Shown here: positions 1-7,025 of the stretch, piece after piece
Numbering within the stretch: the first letter of the stretch is position 1
Layout of the letters: each line of letters opens with the position of its first letter
DNA from: a bacterium
GTDB lineage: Bacteria; RBG-13-61-14; DATKZS01
Direction of reading: 5' to 3'
Assembly (NCBI GenBank): GCA_046484135.1
Contig: JAWOBU010000254.1
Location: 1 to 12,485, forward strand
Length of the DNA: 12,485 nucleotides
Position numbers and translations under genes: made by a program
Notes under the pieces: model-generated
Told to the model about the DNA's origin: nothing
Database searches by the model: none
The model's input: the letters and a program-made list of their open reading frames with translations, nothing else

Positions 1-85
1 CTGTGATGAGTGTTATTATCTAACGTGCGGGCGACGGGAGCCGCAACTGACTTCGCACAATAAACCTACTTTTGGAAGGACTGTC

Positions 86-754
86 ATGAAGAGTATCAGC
101 CGAAAATTATTAGGACCGTTTGTGGCCGCGGTGTTTGTCTGTCTTGTTCTTGCCGGCTCCGGGGCGAACTCGGGCGAGGAGTCCGGCTCGAAGGACGGCT
201 CTCCTCTTTCCGGTTTCAGCAAGGAGGAGCGCGACAAGCTTTTAAAAGGCGAGCCCATCTACCAGCACGTTAAAAAGGAGAACGAGAAAGGCGAGATCGA
301 GGGCTACGGCCAGTCGGTCATCATCATCAACAAGCCGGTGGACAGGAGCTTTCAAATCTTCTGCGAGTTCGACAAACACCACCTTTACTTTCCCCGCAAG
401 AAGAAGAGCGAGGTCATAAAAAGCTGGGACAACAAGGCGCTGGTGCACAAGGTGTTCGGGTTTTACGTGGTGGACGTGGAGTACACCGTGCTTTACACGG
501 TGGACCCGGAAAAGCGCCGGGTGGACTACAAGCTGGACAAGGACTATCCCCACGACCTGGAGGAGGTGGAAGGGTTCTTCAAGTTCGAAAAGATAGACGA
601 AAAGCACACCCTGTTTACCTATGCGGCCACCAAGGTCGAGACCGGCCTCAAAGTGCCCGGCTTCATCCAGGACTACCTGACCTCCCGCGACCTGCCCCAA
701 GTGGCCAGAAGCATCAAGAAGCGCGTCGAGTCCGGAGGAAAGTGGGAAAAATAG
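86..754 (+). CDS. Exported START/SRPBCC (polyketide cyclase/lipid transport-like) family protein
   Basis: 222-aa ORF with GGAAGGA RBS at ~74-80. The N-terminus is a basic/hydrophobic signal-peptide-like stretch (MKSISRKLLGPFVAAVFVCLVLAG). It shows the SRPBCC-type pattern IINKPVDRSFQIFCEFDKHHLYFP...VEGFFKFEKID...VPGFIQDYLTSRDLP plus a C-terminal helix, and aligns by eye with 8824-9483. Confidence 0.75.
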   Translation: MKSISRKLLGPFVAAVFVCLVLAGSGANSGEESGSKDGSPLSGFSKEERDKLLKGEPIYQHVKKENEKGEIEGYGQSVIIINKPVDRSFQIFCEFDKHHLYFPRKKKSEVIKSWDNKALVHKVFGFYVVDVEYTVLYTVDPEKRRVDYKLDKDYPHDLEEVEGFFKFEKIDEKHTLFTYAATKVETGLKVPGFIQDYLTSRDLPQVARSIKKRVESGGKWEK

Positions 755-767
755 GACCAGGATGTTA

Positions 768-794
768 GAAAGCCCGCCGACGGCGTAGGTTTTC
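768..794. terminator. Possible hairpin between convergent genes
   Basis: GAAAGCC-CGCCG-A-CGGCG-TA-GGTTTTC imperfect stem-loop in the 50-bp gap between the convergent stops at 754 and 805. No strong U-tract. Confidence 0.3.
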
Positions 795-804
795 CGCGCT
801 CACC

Positions 805-1452
805 TCAGAGCCTTTCTCTTATTCTTTTTATGTCCAGGTAATCGTCCAGGGCGAACACGGGAATTTCCAGTCCGGCGAACATGTCTCGGACCTTGCCTTC
901 CCTTTCCGTGAAAGGCATGGCCCACAAGGAGTAGGAGAGGGGGGTTACGTTTATTTCCATGCCGGTAACGTCGGCGCGCTTGTCCAGCATGAGGGTGACA
1001 TAGAGTTCCGCGTACCGGTCGGCTTCTTCGGTTCCGCGGGTGCAGCCAGCCACAAAGGCGCGGGGAGGTATTCCGTCGTAGGCTTCGGGGTCCACTTTCT
1101 GCTCCGTGTATGCGAGTCCGGGGTCGGCATAGTAACTTGGCCTTATGATGCTGAAGCCGGTGGCCCAGACGTGGTCGAGGTCTTCGAGGATACGCAGGGA
1201 AGCTTTCTGGAACTTGTTTTGCGGGTCGGCCTTAACGTCCACTTTCATCTTCCACATGGGGAGATACAGGGGCGGGTCCGCTGGCGTTTCGTCCAGCACC
1301 GGGAACTCCAGTTTATATCTTTTCCATCCCTGTTCGGCAGGGGCCAGCCCCAGAAGGCACTGCATGCACATGAAGACCTTATCATAGCGAAGCCCGAAAA
1401 GTGTCCGGCCGCAGTCCGGGCACACCAGGGGCAGTATCTTGAGCTTGCTCAT
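805..1452 (-). CDS. Hypothetical protein with N-terminal zinc ribbon (soluble paralogue of the two upstream genes)
   Basis: Start reassigned from the track's 1623 to the ATG at 1452 (MSKLKILPLVCPDCG...), which overlaps the upstream stop as ATGA (1449-1452). Has CPDC...CMQC Cys pairs and the LYLPMW / LWAMPF motifs shared with its neighbours. 215 aa. Confidence 0.75.
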   Translation of the reverse strand: MSKLKILPLVCPDCGRTLFGLRYDKVFMCMQCLLGLAPAEQGWKRYKLEFPVLDETPADPPLYLPMWKMKVDVKADPQNKFQKASLRILEDLDHVWATGFSIIRPSYYADPGLAYTEQKVDPEAYDGIPPRAFVAGCTRGTEEADRYAELYVTLMLDKRADVTGMEINVTPLSYSLWAMPFTEREGKVRDMFAGLEIPVFALDDYLDIKRIRERL

Positions 1453-2639
1453 CGCCACCACGACCCCCGGCCCCCCGCTTCGAGATCGAACAGCCCGGAC
1501 AGGATGCGCTGGGCATACCGGCTTACGATGTCGAACCTGGTGGTCTCCGGCCGGTTGATGCTTATCACCCGCACCGAGCTGCCCCGGACCACTACCTCGC
1601 TCTGGTAGCGGAACTTGTCCCACCCGAAGCCGATAATAAGCGCTCCGACGGCCACTCCCACCAGGAGCAGAACAAGGAGCACGTAGGAGAACTCGACAAA
1701 GAAGATGGAAGGCACACCGGAAGCAGCTCCGCCGGCCTTGTCCAGGAACAACGCGGACGCGGCCAGCCTGCCCCCTTTACCGGCCACCAGCGCCACCACC
1801 GCGGTGGAAAGCAGTATCCAGAAGATGCGCAGCCGGTCGTCGTTAGGAGCGCGCGCGGACATGATCTTGCCGGTGACCCCGTCAATGGTGGCACCGTAAA
1901 GACGGCCCTGGTGCTGATACTTGACCCGCCAGACCGGATAAAAAATTTTCTTGACCCGGGCCTCCTCCATGCGAGTGTTGTCCTCCAAACGGCTGCTCAG
2001 GTTACCCGAGGTCATCGCCTGTAAGATAGCGTCCACGTTCCGGGTGGCGTCGTAAATCCGGCCCTTTTTCTCCATGGCACGACGGTCCATGGGAACCAGC
2101 ACCCCCTCCTGGTCCGTGCGCAAAGAGCTCAGCTCCGCCTCCTCCAGCGCCCACTCGGAATGGGTGGTCGCAGGCTCGATCCGGTGCACGTCCCCCATCA
2201 CTACCCGGGTGTCCACCGTGTCTTTTTTCTCCTTATAATCATAAGACCGGAACGACCGCGTCATGCCGGTCGAGGACCCTGCTGCTCCCACGTAGTCGGC
2301 CCGCATCCGGGGGACCTTACTCTGGACTTCCTGATGGGTCATGGTGCCGAGCCTGCGGGCGGAGAGCTCGTAAAAGGGCACGAAAAAGAGCCTGGCGGAA
2401 TGGAACCGGGAGGACTTCAACAGCCCGTCCGGGAAAGCCGACTGGGTCAGGAACCTTTGCAGCACCCGGCGGGCGTCCTTTTCTTCGAGGCCCGGTTTAA
2501 TATAGTACTCGGGCACCAGGTCGGGTCCTTCCACCAGGGACCAGTTGTCGCAGTAGCGGCATTTGACGAGCCGCTCCATTCCTCCGACTCCGAGAGTTCC
2601 TCCGCAGGTGGGGCAGTTAACGTGTTTTATTCTTGCCAT
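1449..2639 (-). CDS. Zinc-ribbon membrane protein (YdjG-like architecture)
   Basis: 396 aa. N-terminal CPTC...CRYC, motifs LFFVPFY and KIFYPVWRVKY...ATIDGVTG, and two C-terminal hydrophobic segments (IFWILLSTAVVALVAG; FFVEFSYVLLVLLLVGVAVGALIIGFGW). The start directly abuts the upstream stop (2640-2642). Confidence 0.8.
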   Translation of the reverse strand: MARIKHVNCPTCGGTLGVGGMERLVKCRYCDNWSLVEGPDLVPEYYIKPGLEEKDARRVLQRFLTQSAFPDGLLKSSRFHSARLFFVPFYELSARRLGTMTHQEVQSKVPRMRADYVGAAGSSTGMTRSFRSYDYKEKKDTVDTRVVMGDVHRIEPATTHSEWALEEAELSSLRTDQEGVLVPMDRRAMEKKGRIYDATRNVDAILQAMTSGNLSSRLEDNTRMEEARVKKIFYPVWRVKYQHQGRLYGATIDGVTGKIMSARAPNDDRLRIFWILLSTAVVALVAGKGGRLAASALFLDKAGGAASGVPSIFFVEFSYVLLVLLLVGVAVGALIIGFGWDKFRYQSEVVVRGSSVRVISINRPETTRFDIVSRYAQRILSGLFDLEAGGRGSWWR

Positions 2640-3392
2640 CTACCATCCCATCTTGGTAAGGGTCCTTTTGGTGTAGTAATAGAGTCCTGCGCCGGTGAGC
2701 GCATACGCAGGGGCCAGAAAAAGCACCCCCGGTATGAGGGCGGCCTCGATGGTGAAAAGTCCAAGGGATAAAGCGGTGATCCATCCCAGCACCCGGTCCT
2801 TGTGCTTTTGCGGTGCGGGCGGCCACTCGTCGGCAAAGGTGTTGCCGGAGACCGCGTCCACCACCGCCCGGTTCTTCGAGTTCCGGCAGGTGTAGCTTAC
2901 ATCGTAAATCGGGATATGCACGAGCGCCGCGTCCGAGAACCTGGCCTTGTCCGGGTCCAGGTCCTTTCTGGCCTCCATGACCGCGTCCTCCAGGGCGAGC
3001 TCCTTGTCAACGGTCTCGTGCTCGCTCAGGATGTCGTGATTGAACAGCTTTAAGTCGCCTGCCGGAAACTTGTACTCGAAGAGGTCCTCGACCGGCGGAG
3101 GGGCCGCCGGCACCGCCAGGATGCCGCCGGTGGCCAGGTGCAGTCTCCAGAACGGGAAGTAAACGAGGCGGACGCTGGTTATGTTCACCTTCTCGTCTAT
3201 TTCCATGTAGGCGAGCTTGCGGCCGAGGTTATAGGGCAGGTCCTTTTCCGCGACCTGGGGCACGAAGTAGTAGTGCTTGAGGGTCCGGTCCGTGTCCACG
3301 TACAGCGCCGTCTCGCAGTAAGGGCAGCGGACAAACTCGCTGTCCTCCTCGATGGGTACGCCGGCCCCGCACTGGGTACAGTTTATCTCCAT
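2640..3392 (-). CDS. Zinc-ribbon membrane protein (YdjG-like architecture)
   Basis: 250 aa. N-terminal CTQC...CPYC, motifs LVYFPFW and LVHIPIYDVSY...AVVDAVSG, and two C-terminal TM-like segments. GGAG RBS 10 nt upstream of the ATG. Confidence 0.8.
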   Translation of the reverse strand: MEINCTQCGAGVPIEEDSEFVRCPYCETALYVDTDRTLKHYYFVPQVAEKDLPYNLGRKLAYMEIDEKVNITSVRLVYFPFWRLHLATGGILAVPAAPPPVEDLFEYKFPAGDLKLFNHDILSEHETVDKELALEDAVMEARKDLDPDKARFSDAALVHIPIYDVSYTCRNSKNRAVVDAVSGNTFADEWPPAPQKHKDRVLGWITALSLGLFTIEAALIPGVLFLAPAYALTGAGLYYYTKRTLTKMGW

Positions 3393-3432
3393 GGCACTTA
3401 TTCTCCATCTTGTGGCTGGTGGAGTAAAATGG
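3372..3432. repeat. Direct repeat, left copy (insertion boundary)
   Basis: Core 3398-3432 TTATTCTCCATCTTGTGGCTGGTGGAGTAAAATGG matches 6940-6974 at 32/35. Gapped similarity extends to 3372, into the first codons of the 2640-3392 gene. Confidence 0.9.
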
Positions 3433-6400
3433 CCCCATTTATTTAAATTTTAGCTGATTGGCCAGGCAATTGTAGTGCATTTGGATTTTCTTGGCACATC
3501 AGTAAATATAATTTTTCAATAGCAATTCTAACACTATCAATATCCTCTAGTCCCATATGGGCTTTCTTGCTCAACTTTGCAATACGCAGATGCTTTTCTT
3601 CGTCTTTATTAAATTCTGGTAGATATACAGGCGGTCTTATTTTAAATGACCTACTGTCCGAGGAGGAAAGTACAAACTCCTCTACGATTGGGGTGTTTAA
3701 AATGCCGCAAATATAATGGGCTTCCTCTTCGTCAATAAAACGACTTCGATCAGAAACTTCACACATCGACACCGCATGGTTTTGAAACAGATATCTTTTA
3801 TATTCACCCCATGGCATCTCTTTACCTGTAACAACTGTTGCACGCCACTTAGTGTTATCTCTATAGGCTACATAAGTATTATGGAATGAATAAGGCCCTG
3901 TCCTTGCAACTCCATAGAATTCACCGTCTGCGCGAATTGAATCGCTATAATCCGTTTGGCCTTTGATAAGTTTTTCATATTTTTCAAAATATTTAAGGAG
4001 CAAGGGAGAACCAGTTCTCTTTCTTAATTCCTTACGAGTTATGGGTCGATGTGGATCCTCGTTCTCATATGGAAATGGAACAATAAAACCTGGATCATTG
4101 TAATTAAAGCATTCAATATTGGGGCCTTTAACAAGCGGATACAGATATTTACTCTCTAATAAAATTCTTTCTTCTGCAACGCGATATTTTGATTTTTTCA
4201 TTTGTACGTTACGAACAAAAACGGTTCCTTCTTTCGGTCCAGGGGAATCGTAATAAAAAAGCATTATTTCTTGGGGGTAAAATTCGATGCCTTCGCGTCC
4301 TATATATTCACAATTCCCACCGATTTTCGATAACTCCTGTAATCTTTTAACACTGTCGGAAAAGGTATAAGATGAACTCCCATCCCTAATTTGTCCTGCA
4401 TAGGTTGTTTTAACCTCAATGTGGTTAAATGCTTCTATTTGTGATTTCCAAGAACTGGCATTTGCCTTCTTCGTCTTTTTGATGTACACAGGTGTTTTGA
4501 TAATTCTCTGATCACCGGATGTATATGTTAATACATAAGTCATAAAATCTTCTTTAACCGGATCAAAAGGATGACCAACTAAAGACCAATCATGAAATTC
4601 AGATATATGACAATTCTCTCCACCTATGGAATGGCGCCAACCTTCATACGAGGCTTGATAAGCTAGTTCTCGAGGCATTAAAAAGGCTAAATGCCCATTT
4701 TCTTCAAGCCAACTAGTAATCGAAACATGTGCAATTAAAGCACATATGTTTAAATTAATTCCGCCTGTCCTGCCAGCCCCAGAAAAAAGGCCTTTATCTA
4801 TGCAAAGTACCTTAACTTTTTGTCGATATCCTTCTGGCAAATTCTTCCAGTCAATCCACGGCGGGTTCCCCACAATATTAGTGAAGCGCTTTAGAGAAGC
4901 GACTGTCAAAAAATTTGAAATTATCCTGGCCCAAATACCATTCCATTCCTTTCGTTCAAGGTCTATCAATACTGATGTTAAGCTTTCAATATTCCTTATG
5001 ACTGCTTCAGAACGTCTTTCTGCTGGTAAATTATTTATCAAAAGTTCATTCGCATAATTTTCCTCCTGGTCATAAATAGCCTGCTCGTATTCATGCATGA
5101 TTTTCAAAAATCGAGGGGTGTTTTGGGAAAGAATTAATGGCAATCTGAAGCTAATTACGCCTATAACAGTAGGTAGTTGATACTCGAAAAATTGTTCCCC
5201 TTCTTCCTTTACAAGCTCTGGAACACATGAAGCATCACCTAAATAGACTGGAATCACTAAATCTGACATTTCTTTAGGGAGCAAGTCCACAATATGTATA
5301 AAATAGTGAATCCGAGTTGTTAAAACTGCTAAAGGGTTTAAGTCAATAGCAGCTACTCTTTTTAGTATTGCATTTAAAACTGACAGTTTGTCTTGATTTT
5401 TAAGCTCTTCGCGGATTTTTGCAATTGCTGCTATAATGAATGTTCCAGAGCCACAACAAGGATCTAATGCAGTCCAATTTGGCTCAAGTCGAGAGCTTTC
5501 AAGAACATGATTCGCTAACCAATATGGGGTGTAAAACTCACCAAAGCTTGCGCGGATAACTTGAGGAACACTTGCTTCATACAGGGAGCGAAAAAGATCA
5601 ACGACGCTTCTCGATTCAAAAATGCTATTTACATCCTCATATTTTCCAAGAATTGTTAGGATCTCTTTTACAGAGGAAGCTAAATCAGCACTCCATTGAT
5701 TCGGATCCGCATACCAAGAAAAGAAATCGCCCTCGAGAAGATTTAATATCCCAACTTGTCTAAACAAATCTCCATCTTCTAATCTGTTGCAGAAAGCCTG
5801 GATATTATCATTTTCAGCAGACAATAGGTCTTTATAATTTTGGAGAACAGCCCCGAATTGTACATCCGACACCACCCGATATGAAATCAATTTTAATATA
5901 ATTGCGTAAGCAGTGTGCAGAGCAAATAGAGAAATGTATTCTTCTTCTGGTGTACTTATTGTTATTTTAAAAATTTCTCCTAAGACTCGCCTTCGTTCTT
6001 CTATACGGCGTTGCTGGGACTGATCCTCATGCGCGAGTCTAAACATAGCTTCCCATTCAGAGAACAGCATTTTAGTTTTTGGAGTGGGTGAAGAGACCAA
6101 AACATTCTTTAGAGTGCGAGCTACATCAAATAAGACTCCTGAAAATTGTTTACCACAAAAGTCTCTAACAAGATTGCGCGCATTAAGGGCATACTGATCG
6201 AGAGATAAAATACTCCTCGTAATGCGCAAAAGAACGTCTTTGTTCAACTCAGTACGGCCAGAGAGAGCTACAATTTCTCCCGAGATAGAGCGTATTTCAT
6301 AACAGTTAAAGCCATCGGTTAAGAAACCTATTGTTTCAGTATCATCTTGTTCTGAAATAGACTTAATATAGTTTTCAAGTTGCTGGATGGCTTCTTCGAT

Positions 6401-6916
6401 AGTTTCTTCATTTTGCAGTTTAGAAAAGTGTTTATATTCAATAACTAATGCGCCTAATCGTGCATCAGTTCGGCCTTTACGAACATGCCTCTCTGTTTCT
6501 ACAGTGGTTTCCTTTTCTGGGTGAAAATATAAGCCGATAGAACGCAAGGTGTGATACAGTACTCGCTCAAAAATTCCAGCAATCGTGGCTTCGTTTATTG
6601 ATTTTTTGGCCTCATTTTTTATTTCATTCGCAGCCTGATCTAATCCGTCATAAAAAATCGGATCGCCTATGGCATTTGTGATGATCTTCTGTCTAAGTCT
6701 GTGTTCCCAATTAGTAGCAATCATGGGTTTAACAATCTTTTCTCTATAATAATTTATGTGTCTATCACTTTATATGAAAAATCTTGAACAGAGGGGTAGC
6801 CACTTCGTCCCCATACACCTCTATCTTGTCCTCGCCCTGCTTGATCCTTTTCTTCGGGAAACCACTCATTGATTTCGTGATTGTCCGAGTGTAGTAAACG
6901 CCGTCAAAAGGGTGTC
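3433..6916. mobile_element. Horizontally acquired AT-rich defence islet (no mobility gene)
   Basis: Sharp GC drop (about 35-40% by eye over ~3430-6780 vs ~60% in the flanks), flanking direct repeats, and interruption of an otherwise tightly packed same-strand gene cluster. Confidence 0.75.
3443..6724 (-). CDS. Fused restriction endonuclease/N6-adenine DNA methyltransferase (Type IIG-like RM enzyme)
   Basis: 1093-aa intact ORF. N-terminal PD-(D/E)xK-like motif GRTDARLGALVIEYK (~6431-6475); GEFYTP motif X; SAM-binding motif I LDPCCGSGTF (5438-5464); catalytic motif IV NPPW (4856-4867), i.e. gamma-class order; long C-terminal region consistent with a target recognition domain. Exact start is uncertain because the RBS is weak. 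Confidence 0.88.
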   Translation of the reverse strand: MIATNWEHRLRQKIITNAIGDPIFYDGLDQAANEIKNEAKKSINEATIAGIFERVLYHTLRSIGLYFHPEKETTVETERHVRKGRTDARLGALVIEYKHFSKLQNEETIEEAIQQLENYIKSISEQDDTETIGFLTDGFNCYEIRSISGEIVALSGRTELNKDVLLRITRSILSLDQYALNARNLVRDFCGKQFSGVLFDVARTLKNVLVSSPTPKTKMLFSEWEAMFRLAHEDQSQQRRIEERRRVLGEIFKITISTPEEEYISLFALHTAYAIILKLISYRVVSDVQFGAVLQNYKDLLSAENDNIQAFCNRLEDGDLFRQVGILNLLEGDFFSWYADPNQWSADLASSVKEILTILGKYEDVNSIFESRSVVDLFRSLYEASVPQVIRASFGEFYTPYWLANHVLESSRLEPNWTALDPCCGSGTFIIAAIAKIREELKNQDKLSVLNAILKRVAAIDLNPLAVLTTRIHYFIHIVDLLPKEMSDLVIPVYLGDASCVPELVKEEGEQFFEYQLPTVIGVISFRLPLILSQNTPRFLKIMHEYEQAIYDQEENYANELLINNLPAERRSEAVIRNIESLTSVLIDLERKEWNGIWARIISNFLTVASLKRFTNIVGNPPWIDWKNLPEGYRQKVKVLCIDKGLFSGAGRTGGINLNICALIAHVSITSWLEENGHLAFLMPRELAYQASYEGWRHSIGGENCHISEFHDWSLVGHPFDPVKEDFMTYVLTYTSGDQRIIKTPVYIKKTKKANASSWKSQIEAFNHIEVKTTYAGQIRDGSSSYTFSDSVKRLQELSKIGGNCEYIGREGIEFYPQEIMLFYYDSPGPKEGTVFVRNVQMKKSKYRVAEERILLESKYLYPLVKGPNIECFNYNDPGFIVPFPYENEDPHRPITRKELRKRTGSPLLLKYFEKYEKLIKGQTDYSDSIRADGEFYGVARTGPYSFHNTYVAYRDNTKWRATVVTGKEMPWGEYKRYLFQNHAVSMCEVSDRSRFIDEEEAHYICGILNTPIVEEFVLSSSDSRSFKIRPPVYLPEFNKDEEKHLRIAKLSKKAHMGLEDIDSVRIAIEKLYLLMCQENPNALQLPGQSAKI

Positions 6917-6974
6917 CTGGATACACAATGTCCATAATATTATTCTACATCTTGTGGCTGCTGGAGTAAAGTGG
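6917..6974. repeat. Direct repeat, right copy (insertion boundary)
   Basis: Core 6940-6974 TTATTCTACATCTTGTGGCTGCTGGAGTAAAGTGG has 3 mismatches to 3398-3432. Gapped extension to 6917. Confidence 0.9.
6942..6970 (-). promoter_or_regulatory. Putative sigma70 promoter directed toward the RM gene
   Basis: Minus strand: -35 TTTACT (6965-6970), 17-nt spacer, -10 TAGAAT (6942-6947), followed by AT-rich AATATT. Confidence 0.45.
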
Positions 6975-7025
6975 ACATCCAGTTTACAAAATCCTTCCCG
7001 GATCCTGCACCGGCACGCCGATTCC

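Noticed and set aside
1453..1623. N-terminal extension of the 805-1623 ORF in the track
   Set aside because: It overlaps the upstream gene by ~175 nt. The ATG at 1452 gives an ATGA coupling and puts the Zn ribbon at the N-terminus as in the paralogues.
3443..6724. BREX PglX / DISARM methylase or Type I HsdM interpretation
   Set aside because: No brx/pgl, drm, hsdR or hsdS genes are in the islet, and the protein has its own N-terminal nuclease-like motif.
6927..6954. dif/Xer-like site (AATGTCCATAA-TATTAT...)
   Set aside because: Only the XerC-like half resembles dif. There is no TTATGTTAAAT-like XerD arm at the 6-bp spacing.
6942..6957. NrdR-box-like 16-mer ATTCTACATCTTGTGG overlapping the putative -10
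   Set aside because: It resembles the CwAtATaTwG core, but it is a single box, no ribonucleotide reductase gene is nearby, and the other repeat copy breaks the core. Likely coincidental; a PWM scan would settle it.
6894..6987. Integron attC-like long palindrome (GTAAAC/GTTTAC, CTGGAT/ATCCAG, ATGTCCA/TGGACAT)
   Set aside because: The pieces are interrupted by large unpaired segments, lack RYYYAAC/GTTRRRY boxes, and have no full equivalent at the other end of the RM gene. No integron integrase is present.
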